DNA from: Lepidodermella squamata
Lineage: Eukaryota; Animalia; Gastrotricha
DNA: 64,000 bases
Direction: 5' to 3'
Assembly (NCBI GenBank): GCA_047495785.1
Contig: JBLDXI010000009.1
Span: 3,720,001 to 3,784,000, forward strand
Shown here in pieces: positions 33,289-45,528 of the stretch (position 1 is the first letter of the stretch; each line of letters opens with the position of its first letter). The notes beneath the pieces are model-generated. The model searched no databases. It was given only the letters and a program-made list of their open reading frames with translations, and was not told the DNA's origin. The translations under genes and the position numbers were made by a program.

Positions 33289-35225
33289 ATGGCTTGGAAA
33301 TATTTATTTTTGCTATCGCTAACGCAGCAAATTTGCCAACTTCTTGGCCAGGGAATGAACGAATCCTGCCGCTGGTATCCAATGGACAAACTAAGCGAAG
33401 CACAGGCTATGATAATGCCCTCTAAAACAGTCGACGTCAGGATAAGCCTGGCATTTGTAAGCATACAAAATGTCGATTCACTCGGTCAAAAGATAACTTC
33501 GACGCTATTCGTTCGATTGAGCTGGCAAGATTCCCGATTCGATGACCGTGCGTGGAGAGACGTATGCCCGCCAATTAAAATTGACAACCTAAAGTATTGT
33601 TAGAGATATAATAATGGCTTAGTTATATATTTATTTTTTCATTTTTAGCCAAATTTGGAGACCTCTAACTGTCGTAGTAAATGCGGCTCAGGATACAAAT
33701 TTTGGCTCTATTAAAGAGACAGGAGCAAGGATTTATCCATCTGGCGGTGTTGAGGCATGGCGAGCTATTTCGACTACAACGTCATGTCAATTCAACGTCA
33801 AACTTTATCCGTGGGACGTTCAGGTTCGTAATAAAAAACTTCGAACACATCGCGAAAACGGCAGAAAATTTCATAACTTGTCACTTGGTTCAAATTTAGA
33901 ATTATAAAAAATCGATATAGTTAAGAAACTCTAACCGGTCATAAAAAATAGAAATTTGGTAATTCATATTTTTTATATTTTCAAAAAATATTCAAATATT
34001 CTCATATTTTTCGAAATTTCGATAAGTTTCGCCCCAAAATCACACGAACTTTTCACATCGCGAGATTTTGATACCTTTTTCAATGTAAAACCCACAATTC
34101 AAGGTTCAAGGTAAAGCTAAATCGAAAGCCTTTTCCTTTAAGGCGACACTTTGGGGTTTCCCATCTTTCGGTGGATGGGAGCCTCCTAGAGGACTGAAAT
34201 TTGAAAATTCAAGATACCTCAAGAAAAAGTGACTACGATAATCATCGTCGAATCCGAGAATTGTCAACGCTCTTTTTCGATTTGCATGAAAATACAGAAA
34301 ATTCATTAAATTCCACTTTTTATTTGTTAACGGTCATAGTTGGTCACGTATAAGAGGTCTAATTTTGCCCCGCTGATGGCAGAGCATTTAAAAAGTTGGA
34401 ACTTATCACATCGTCTTTGAATAATCTGTGATCTGTTTTCATCAGGATTGTGAAATTGGCATCGGCATTCCATCATATCCGAAAGCTACGCTCCAAAGTG
34501 GCTTCTCAGTCACGTTGACTCCAGACAATAGAACGGGTCTTAAAAGGGTTACAATGTTCACCGTGGTGTACGAAGGCAAATCCGCGACTCTGCCACTTTG
34601 GCAGCTAACTAAAGGATGCATTTATACGTCACCAGCAGACACCGTTCCCGTCGTTAATTACCGCTTTCGACTGGAAAGAAAACCGCAGTGGACTATGTAC
34701 ACAATAGGCGTGCCTACGTTACTGACATCTATCCTAATGGCTGTTTCTTTCGTGGCTGATGCGGACGACGGCGAGAAGGTCACGTATGCGCTAACGGTAG
34801 TTTTGACCTACTTCTTGTTGTTGTTCGCGATAACTGCAGAAGTGCCAGCCAATTCACAGAAAATACCAACCGTCTTAATTCTTCTTATCGTTCTACTATT
34901 CACCTCATGCGCGGCCACTTTTCTCTGCACTATTTTACGTAAATATGGAACTTCTAAAGATACTAAAGACCGCGAGTGGGCCAACAAACTCAATTTGGCG
35001 TCATTGATTGGCTACACCGTTATCACTGCTGCTGAATATGCCATTTTCATCGCAGTTATCTTATCTGCCCGAAGCAGTGAGGCATATGAATCTGAACGCG
35101 CCGGAGGATGCACCTATTCTGGCGATATCGACATCACCAAGTCCATGTCGTATTACTTTGGATGGATGGCTGACTTGCAAAACTCTAAACCTCCACCCGA
35201 AGTGATGGCCATCTTAAGCAGCTAA
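33289..35225 (+). CDS. Divergent Cys-loop pLGIC subunit G (3 exons), TM region closest to D
   Basis: Signal peptide MAWKYLFLLSLTQQICQLLG, WQDSRF, IWRP, CQFNVKLYPWDVQ|DC split by intron ~33823-34445, ERKPQW, GEKVTYALTVVLTY. Confidence 0.88.
34105..34230 (-). repeat. Dispersed repeat fragment in the pLGIC-G intron (copy of 15232-15345)
   Basis: GGCGACACTTTGGGGTTTCCC...GGTGGATGGGAGCCTCC...CTCAAGAAAAAGT is the reverse complement of the 15.2-kb copy. Confidence 0.7.
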
Positions 35226-35719
35226 ACAACAGACCAAAAATCGCTGATTTTTCTCAATTTTTATTGTCGTTTTCTTCACGGTTTCAATTTGTTTTATTAA
35301 AAGACCAAGAGTAGAAATTGAAGCGATCAAAAAAAGAAGAGCCATGCATCGCCGACGTCTTGAAGGGTCGCGATGTAATTGTGTAGACATCGGTTTCAAA
35401 ACTTGGTAACAGTTTACCGGCCATTTAGTAATACATCATACACAGAGCGATCTTTGTTCACCAATTAGGGCAACTGCGAGCCAACTCGGATAAAAATAAT
35501 TTGTGCGTCAAGCAGAGTTGCCGGACAGATTTGCGCTCAATAGGGGCAAGTTCTAAAACGGGCGGTTTTTCAATCAGTCAAACTTGATCTAAGTTACATA
35601 GCGTCTTCGACATATTAATAAGCTTTCGACAAAAAATAACAGCTATAACTTTCTCTTATCAAACAGAAAAGAACGAGGCTTTCAACGAGAGAACAGCAAG
35701 TGAGGTCCAACAATGTCTT

Positions 35720-36576
35720 CTAAGAAATAGAGCAGCTGTTGTTTTTCGATGATTGGGGTGGAAGAAGGCCGTTCTGTTTCTCGATTTCGAAAAGTACTTT
35801 CATAAAGATGTCGCTGATACCCTTGTCTTGCTTAGCCGATGTCTCTTCGAAAGGGATGCCAAACTTCTGGGCCATGCGCTTGCCATCCTCAACGGAGACA
35901 GCTCGCTCCAGTTCCAAATCCGACTTGTTACCAACCAAGACAGCGGGAACCCTGCGAAAAGTATATTTTGGACCTGCTTATAAAATAACATTGATTCAAA
36001 ACATACGTGGACAATCCCTTGATGTCCAGAATCTTGTCCCAAATCTTTTCGATGACTTCCAAACTATGATGACACAGAGAAATTGAGGAGCAGGTAATAC
36101 TAGTACTCCAGCTTTACCTTTTACGGCTAGTTACGGCATAAACAAGAAGGTATCCATCGATCTCAGCGGTGAAACGATCGGTGAGAGTGCTATATTCATC
36201 CTTTACATCAAATAAATAGGTAAGAAACCCGCTAAATTGACGTAGTGAGGTTTTTACCTGACCAGCGGTATCTCTCAGTTCGAGCAAGTACTTAGAATTA
36301 TTGAAAGCAACTTCTTTGCAAAAAGCTGAAAAATTGTTGTCAATTTTAAATGCAAATCACAAATGTAAGAGGAACATACTATTTTGGACAGTAGGATCAT
36401 ACGTGTCCACAAACTGCCTCTCGACAAACTGAACTGAGATTGAGGATTTGCCTTCATAACGAATATAATATACATTTAAAAACAATCACAGGCGAATTGC
36501 CCGTCAAAAACATACCGACAGCGCGGTAACCCATGATACCAATACGCCTGACTCGTCTCTGGGACTTCTCAGCCAT
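35720..36576 (-). CDS. Rheb: Rheb small GTPase (6 exons)
   Basis: MAEKSQRRVRRIGIMGYRAVGKSS (Rheb-diagnostic Arg in G1), FVDTYDPT, DTAGQDEY, VGNKSD, ETSAK, CAAX CSIS. Confidence 0.95.
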
Positions 36577-37948
36577 TATATTGATCTACTTGAATAAAAA
36601 ATAAGCATAACAGTCGATATAATTAATGCTAAAAAGTATTATCGATAAGAGAGAGGCAGAAATAAATAGGAGCCTGAGACCAATTGTTGAAAGTTGGAGC
36701 AGACATAAGTTATTTGGCTTCAGTTCAGATGCCTACAAAGCTTGAAGCTAAAGCGACATTTAGAAGATAAACTAAGTAATCGGAATGAAGATAAAAGATG
36801 CAAATGCGGGGCAGGCTCAGTGAGTGAATCGAGAATCGTCATCTATGACTGCAAGCTACATGTGAAACATTACCATATTCCCATTATTCGTGGCCAAATA
36901 TATAGGAGTGAATGAAACATGACAAATATTCCAGTAAAAGATGAATCATCTTGCGATTTGTGCTTTTGGCAGAACGCCAACATTTTTCACGGCCAATGTG
37001 TCCTTAAATATGGACACACTAGGTGAATTGATCTTTCACTTGGTGATGAAAAGAAGCCTGAATTTATCCAGCGTCATGATATATGACTCAGGTAAGTAAA
37101 CGGAAAGGTAAAGAAAAAGCTTTCAGCTCAATAAGCAGACGTGCTGACCACACCAGGAACAGGAAGTTAACGAGCTAAACATCCGCCGTCCGCACTTTGT
37201 TCGCACCGAAAAGATGCGTTTCGTTCATTCGTTTTTGATAAATATATGAGAATAAAAAATTATTTTAAATACCTAAATTTGATGACAACATGTTATTATA
37301 AATTATACCAATCTTCCGAATATTTGCAAATACGTCTAACTGGCCGCAGTATTTTTTGAAAATGTCCCAAGTTCTTGCAAGTTTGGAAGTCTTTTAAGCC
37401 TTTGGACGGATCTTTGCCTGCTGCGTTTTGCCGGACGCTTTCTCACGGCCAACTTGACAGGTTTTGTATATACTATTCGGGTGATCAGTCTTAGAACGAA
37501 GATATGAAAGATACTTGGGTCGATTTTTAACGAATGACTGATCGGAAAAATGGCGAAAAATTTGATTTTGCGAGATGAATGACTTTGACCCCGTTATCTT
37601 GCTTCTAGGCCTGATCGGAGTAAAATATCCTTCGAGGTTGGAATCGTGGTAAAAAGCGTTGATCAAGCCTCATCCAACTGGAAGGAACAAATAATGCCGA
37701 TAATGGATTTGCGAGCCCGAAGCATAGCTGATGTTGTCGAGAGATTGATGGCGCAGAATTTCTTAAGAATACCAGAAATTCTTCTATATTCAATCTATAT
37801 TCAATATGGGATCCGTGATACTCAAATCTGTCATTTTATTTCTGCCGGGGTAAACCAAAGCAATCAACACACCAAAACTAAGGGGAGTGCTAGTAACCCG
37901 TTCAATGTTCAGTCGTTTCTTTGTTGTGGGATGTCGCGGCTTGAATCA

Positions 37949-38520
37949 TTATTTGCTTTTTTTAGCTCTGAAACTGCTGTAGTTGTTGACCGATCGCTGA
38001 GATGAAGCGTACGAAACATTTGATGAGCGGCGAGCGAAGCTTCCTGTGCGGCTAAAGCAAGCTGTGGGCGTTGATGGGATTAATATGATCTCGCGTGAAT
38101 CACGGCCCATGGCAGGTGCAAGATGATGCCAAGGCTTGCTCTCTGTCCGTACATCCCGCATATGCTCTGATGCCCATTCGGGCGATACAACAAACTCCTT
38201 CCTCTGAGGAGCCGGCTGGCTTGTGTTCGGGCATCGGGTAAACATTGTCGTAGGCCAACTGCGGGGAGCCCAGCAGTTTTGAGGTGCTTGGTTTTGTGTT
38301 TGGCCCTGTGGCGAAGCTTCAGTTTCGGCAGCTGGCTGAGCTGGCGCAGCGGTACTAAAATTATGAATAGAAATTCAGTTAGACAGCTAATAAAAAGATA
38401 TATAAAAATGTTAATCTTTAAGTGAGAAGATGTATTCAACCGATGAATATCGGGAGGAAAATAATCATTTATTTTTTCTCCTTACCTGGACTCAGCAGCG
38501 TTGACGGTGTTTTCAGACAT
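37949..38520 (-). CDS. Hypothetical ~146-aa protein (orphan)
   Basis: Exons 38486-38520 and 37949-38354 join in frame through a canonical GTAAGG...TTTTAG intron: MSENTVNAAESSTAAPAQPAAETEASPQGQ...RKEFVVSPEWASEHMRD... Confidence 0.55.
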
Positions 38521-39747
38521 CCTAAGCCGTATGTTTATACTAGGCTGGCGATTATTAAAAAGAAGTGGATCGTTCTATCAACAATATCAGAGAGTTTTTG
38601 TCTTATTAACTGGTCATTTTGAACCCTAGAATTTTTTCCACTGACAATTACGTGCAGCCAAGACATTTAATAGCCAGGTGCGATGTTGCATGACTCGATT
38701 CAGCTGTAAATACCTAAAAAATTTGCGCACTGAATTTCCATCTAGCGATCCAATAATTTCAGTGCAATAATTTAGCATCAGAGTCATGATTCATGATAGC
38801 ATGCAATATATGCAATATAAAGTTTCGAAGTCTGCTTTAGCGCTGATTTATTAGATTTGATTGAAGTCCTAAATCAGGGGCCTCATTCAACGAATCAATA
38901 TCAATCTTTGTCCTAATTTTGAGACTCAATAACATCGAATCATAGAAACTAATAATTAAGTATCCCTTTTCCCGGGTCGGCTCTACTTTTCAAAGCTGTG
39001 ATACGTGTGCAGCTCAACCTCGAGTTGAGCTCGGTTAAAAGTTCAGACTCAAAACTCGGTCCGTTAAAACTTTTGTTATCATTTGCCAATGTCCTATTCA
39101 TCTGTAAACTGTCCTGCAATTACATGTTTCATTTTCAAATTACCTCTTGTCAAGCTGCCCTCTTCTGGGCGTTAAAGCTTATAAATAAAATAAATAAAAC
39201 TAGTCAAACAGTTTCCACGTTCGATGTCCAATTTACGTGTTCCATTCCCTGAGTAGTTTCAGCGGTTTTTCATATAATTGCGGAGTTGATGATATTCTTG
39301 ATCAAGAGAAACTCAGCAGTACTGCTTTTATTATACGAAATCGGTGAGATCGCAGCATCCAGCTTCTTTGCTGCCTTCAGTGCTTGGCGCGTGATTTAAA
39401 AAGAGTAAATAGGTTAACTCGCACGCAGAGTCAAATTCATGCAGAGTCATGGAATTGTGCTCGAGGTACCGGACATACGTATATTCAACATTCAAGTAAC
39501 TGAGACCATTCATCACGAAACACTTATTGACGGTTTTGCAACGGCTGGCCATTGATGATTCACACGGGTATCAAGACGCCAGAGTTACTTGACGTTGAAG
39601 TTACAATAAAAATTGTAAACAGACAGCATAACGAATTTTCATGGATGCGCGTTGAAAGATCACAGAGCTATTTTGTGTTATGCGTTCAATAAAATATCGC
39701 AAAATTATAGCAAAAGAGTAATTGCAGTGGCTTAGAAGTCATTTGTT

Positions 39748-41039
39748 TCAAACTAGGATAACTTTTTTGGTCGGTTTCATCTCGAGCGATCGGGAGTTAT
39801 GCGGTTGCTGGAAATGGTCATCCGACTGCAGACCAGCGTTGTCATGTTGGTGACGCTCAGCAGTGCTGTTCATTAAAGGGCTTTCGTCCTCGTCGTTGGA
39901 AGGCCTTTGCATCAGAGAGGCTGTCGCGAAAATCGACATGAGCTAAAAAAGATAAAAGTTGATCGGGATGCTACTTAGAGAATAATGCAATTAATACCTC
40001 TAAAGCTGCGACAGCCATTAAAATTAGGCCAACTCTTGCCACAGTATCAGTGTCAAGCCAACGATAAACCGATATCCAACAGGTAGACTCGACTCCAAAG
40101 TCATCGTATTTGTATTCATCTCTGGTCAAATGCCCCAAATAGGGAAACTTTTCCGCAGCTGGCAGCGAAGAGTTGAGGAAAGGTACCAAGTCTTCAGTTA
40201 TTTCACCCTAGGAATAGCAACCCATATTTCACAAAAGAGTACATATTATACTTAACAATTACTCACAGCAAAATCAGCTTGAATGATAGCAGCCATAACT
40301 AACGGTATCAGAATGCAGAAGAAAAGTATTTGCAATACAGCTCCGACAAAGGCCAAAGTTCTTGACAGGCCAGCCATCTTCGGCTTATCGTTCACAACCT
40401 TAGCGACGGCCACGCTGACTTTATCGCCACCGTCGGTACCCGTTGCTTTCTTGACCAACAGAAATATTGGCAAGGTGACCAGAGCGACGAAGGATGAAAC
40501 CAGCATAACTATGAAAATTGTGTTCATGATTGCCCAAAAGTTTTGCTGATCTTGAGCATAAGCTTTCAGCGGCACTGGTCCAGTGTAGAATGAAACGTAG
40601 ACATAATCTTCAGCTTCATCCTCGTTGTCCGCGTAGTATGGAAAGTCTTTGATTGCAATCGAATTGTTATCGAATTTTTCGTATGTCAGAAGGGCTACGG
40701 TTATCACACATTTCAACTGACTATTCAGCAAGCCAATCAAAGCCGCAGCAAACTTTATAATCGCATAACATTCATTCCTGGAGTTTTCAATTAAAATGAG
40801 ACTTACCGCGATTAGGATGAAGTTGGAGACAGCAAAAATAATCACCAAAATAAGAGTGCTACGTTTATTAAGCTGGAAAGAAATCTGAAAATGTTGAAAT
40901 TCTGATAAAGGCTAATTTGACTTACGCATAACTGTAGAGGTAACAACTTCATTTCTAATTTTGACGGTCCATCCGATGACTTCTCGTCCTTTTTGTCATT
41001 TTTCTCTTTCGCTGATGTAGGCATTATCCCAACCTGCAT
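39748..41039 (-). CDS. Hypothetical multi-pass membrane protein; exon boundaries partly uncertain
   Basis: Four collinear minus-strand ORFs separated by intron-like gaps, about four hydrophobic helices with hydrophilic termini. No family recognised. Confidence 0.55.
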
Positions 41040-44000
41040 ATCGCTTTAAAAATCAACCATTTGGTGCAGAGAAATGGCAAATATACCTATTTATGGCTTC
41101 TCTCAGCGTCTTGTTATTGAAAAGAGTATTCAAGTGGCGTTAGTTCAGCTAAGGAGTAAATTTCCGTTGGAGCAGGATGCTTTAAAAACTAGGTACACAA
41201 TTTTCGCAAAAGTAGAGTGCCTATTCAAGCCTGCTCTTTTTTTCTATAGTATGCAGAGTGATTTTACGTTTATTAGCACTGTATGCATACATAGAAATCG
41301 CTGAATGATGGTATAAAAGTCTATAGGTAAGGCCGTCGCGTGGTGACACAACGCTAAAAAATATATGCGTACTGAAGCAAGATCGCGCCTAGTTGGCTTA
41401 TTTAATATTCAGCCATCCGCATAGCAGTTGCCATACAATGAAAACATGCGCTCAATGGGAGAGGCGTTTTTTCCCATACAAATTATACATATTCTCTCTA
41501 CGTTTAAACGCAGCTTGAGCTTGTGTAATAAAATACATGTATGCTCACAGAAAAGACGATCGATAATGTTTCCTCTAATATACTACGCAGGTAGCTGTAG
41601 GATGGAATGCTTCGCGCGAAAAGTCAGGCAGGATTGATGCATTGATAGAAGAATTAAAGGACGATTACTAAGCATGCAAGCGCAGCGAATAATGACTGCT
41701 AAGTATAAATTTAAGAAATTAATATGGTATATGCTCAATATTGGGTATTTCGTGTTCTACGCGGCAGTATAAAATGATCGAGGCGTCGTCAAATTATGGA
41801 AAGACGTTGATGAACTGGCCTTGGCATGAACGAGCTGCTTTGCATGCTCTTCGAAAATGAGACGGTTGCCGACTTTTACTTTCACCAGCAGCTGGATGCT
41901 GATTGATTAGTGAAGTTGAAATGCAGTTGGAATCGTCGATGGTTTCTGGAATTTTATTGATGTGTTAAGTCAACAGAAGAGGACCAAGGACGCTGCTTGG
42001 AGAAACCCCATAATTAATTGGTAATGACGACGAAGATACATTGCCGGCTTTCACCCACAGGCTACTGCTTGTTCTGTGAACAAGTTCAGGCTTCGGGTCC
42101 AAGGTCTTTCCAGCCTTCTGTTACTGTTACTGTTACTGTTACTGTTTTTATTGTTGCATTTTGTTTTTCAACATTTAGCAATTCTGGAAGTAAGTAATTC
42201 ACCTTTAAGAATTCCATTGAACAGGGAGGTCAATGCGGCATTCATAGCTGGGGAGCTGCGATTCTGCCTCTTAACAAAATTCAGGAATGCCATCGTTGTC
42301 AGCAGCTTTCTTGTTCGAGAGCTTTTTGAATTATTGCCGAGATTTAACAAATGAGCAACGCTTCATAGCCTGTATTAGCAGCGATTTGACTACATTTTCT
42401 CCAACTGAACATAATTATGCATTGAAAGTTCCTGCCTCAGTAGCCGAGTCGTCATCAATTCTTCGTGCTTCTTCTTCTTCTTCAGTATGAGGTTGTCTTT
42501 TCCGTCGGCTTCATCGGTCGGACGATCTTCCTAGTGCTTGAATTAGTTTCTCGTCAGCTTTTTCACTGTTGTCTTTATAGCCTGATAGCGAGCAACAACT
42601 CTGCAAACTCTCACTCAACTATCCCAAGCAACTCTCAGCGCTCAGCTTTTGCGCGCATTATTACTAAAAACTGCGGCGAAATTAACACACTAATCAGTTT
42701 TTAAATTTCGATATCTTACATTCAATTAATTTTGTTATCAATTCTGCATAACAAGTTTATCCTTCAACGTTTGGCCACAGATTTTCGGGGCCCAACTTCG
42801 CTGAGCTGGGTTTCTCATCTCAGGTGGACCCTTCAGGTGAGACGTTGCTAGCCTGGTCCCTATGCCACGATCCACAATTTTCTGGAGTTTTCTTGTTTAA
42901 TAATTCCTCTATCTTGCTTCCTCAGTGCGGCATTTAAATCTCTGGCTTTCAGGAAGCCCGATATGCGCACGGAATAAATGGTCTATACGAGGTCGTGGAA
43001 TCACGAATCACGCCGTGTAAGAGATGCGGATGCCGACAGCGAGCTTGCTGCTATTTGCATCCTTTTTCGTCCGCATAAAAATTGTATTAGGAAGCTATAA
43101 TAGCTCGTTTCTCAAATATAGATAATGTTGGCAACACGTTAAGTAATTTCTGGATAAGGGATAAGAATCTTGGTTTTTTGGTTCTCGGAGTAAGGATTGC
43201 TTCCAGTAACGCTTTCTTGTATCTTGAACGATATGCGCTTTCTAATATTTATAAGAGTTGGCATAGACCCACAGAGAGTCATTCAATCCTTGCCTTCATT
43301 CTAACTTTCGTTATCTATTGTGCATTGTGCTGAAGAAAATGTGCGATGGGTATATTGGTTTTGCTTAGCGTAAAATGTGTGTAAGCCTTACTTCAATGTA
43401 CATTTGCATGCATTCATTCTTCATTCAGTTTTCGTAAATTACCATACTGTCTGAAACTAATGCCAATCGCAATTATACGTTAAGTAGGTGGTAGGGTTTT
43501 TAATGAAGTAGGTTTTTAATGAAAGAAGCAGCGCGTAAAATTGTCTTCCACTTTCGGTTGAATTTTAGGACCCACTTTTGCAGCTTTATTATTTATCGTT
43601 GAGCTCGCCAACCTCCTTTTCAGTTGCTGCTTACTGAGTCGGGTATTTTAAAATAGTAAATTCAAGCTAACAGAATCAGAGAGTTTCTCTAGTACCGCAA
43701 GCACAGAACGTTTTGCAAAGTTTTCTCTCTGAAATTCTGGGCAATTCGCTCTGTGAGTGGTGCGTGGTTTATTAAATGATCTGCCACTATGGACTATGGT
43801 TTCAAATTGAAGGCGAGTGCGATCACTTTGAAACTTGAAATTAATAAACTGACCTGCCATGGGAGCGGCCTTTATTCTAGTCACGCCATGAATTTTCTAC
43901 CAACTTGGACAACGGACTATGGGAAGTTGAATAGACCTGCGTTCTTGCTGATAGCGTTGTTAGCTGCTTGCGGCAATTTTTTAAGTAATCGCTTGTCTAA

Positions 44001-44273
44001 TTTAAATTTCAAATAGTCAGTGTTCAGCTGTTTTTACGCCTACACATGTTTGCTAGAATTAATTTTATATGAAAATTAGCATTCTGCTCCCATCTTCTCA
44101 TGCTGCCAGTTGGAAAATCTTACATTATTTTCATATGCTGCGTTTTTCTCAACTCTATCCGTATACTATTATTTGCAATATTGCATTGCAATACTTTTAA
44201 TAGATTGTTTATTGTAAGCGTTCTTAACACCGTGCATTGGAAGCTAAGCTTCCTTTTCGAAAAAACTGGCCTC

Positions 44274-45528
44274 ATGTTCGACGTAGACGCTACTACTGTG
44301 GCAACTTGGCTATGTTGCCTAGGGTCCAGTATTCTTCTCAGCACTGCTGGAGTCATACCGCTGGCTCTTCTCAAGTTGAAAGAATACAACTTCGGCGTTA
44401 GTGTAAATGGTTAGTTTTGTGCATTAAATTTCGAATGGAATTTTATCGCTTTTATGCGCTTTTATTAACCCAGGAGGATATATCAAGACCAACAATCTAG
44501 TTGGTTTTGCCCTTGGCTGTCTTCTCGGCGAAGTCTTCCTTCATGCGTTGCCGGAGCATTGGACTCATGTCATCCCGCTGTTAGCCAGCAGCGACTCCGA
44601 TTATCACCGTGCTCATTTGATTTACGGTGTTCAATTCATCGCCGGAATCGTAGCTTTCTTCCTAATTGAGCAAATGGCACGTTTGACTCAGGCAAACGAA
44701 GATGCCCGTGCGGAAGCGGAGCGGGAAAAAGAGGAAGAATTTCATGTAAAGCTATTTGATCCATACTATTCTGGAAGATTTATTATGATTCCTTATAGTT
44801 GACTGGTAACCAGCAGAAAAATATCGTCGCAAGTTTCATTCACTCACTGAAGAATGTTCACATCAGCGGCGTGCTTAATCTCATCGCAAATTGCACTGAT
44901 AATTTTACTCATGGCCTTGCTATCGGAGTCAGCTATCTCTCCGGACTTCGAGTGAGTTACATTTGCGACAATGTCAATAACATTACGTTAACCCGGTTAA
45001 ATTAGGTTGGAATGATTACAACTTTCGGAATTTTGCTGCATGAAATCCCTCATGAAGTTGGCGATGTTGCAATTCTGTTGAAGTCGGGATTTTCTCTCAG
45101 CCAAGTATTCTTCGGACAAGTAATTTTTTATCATTAAAAGCCTGAAACAATAAATAATTTTCCTTGTGTTAAGCTTGTTACGGGCTCGTGTGGCATTTTC
45201 GGTGCCATGTTTAGCCTCATACTCCACACATGTGCAGGTAAGTGCTTTGGACGCGCATTTTTCGTAGTAATACTACGCGTTTATTTACTATACTGCGCCA
45301 GCTTCGTCATACTTGTCCGCTATACGCGCCTTCACAGCCGGTGGTTTTCTGTATGTGGCGCTCGTGTCGCTGCTTGCTGACCTGGTAAAGCGTTGCGAGT
45401 TGAGGTTAGAAAGCTTTTCGCGACCGGCGATTATCTGCCATGTAAATCTTTTACTTTTCAGCGACGTTCTCAGCGTAATTTTTGGCCTCGCTGTCATGGG
45501 AACTGTGACCATCGTGTGCGGTGACTGA
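44274..45528 (+). CDS. SLC39A13: LIV-1/ZIP zinc transporter, ZIP13-like; possible additional 5' exon near 43888
   Basis: [77 protein letters not shown] across short introns. Confidence 0.85.

Noticed and set aside
41800-43100. Short ORFs with (CTGTTA)n and (CTT)n runs
   Set aside because: I could not assemble a consistent spliced frame or motif; possibly a decayed element.
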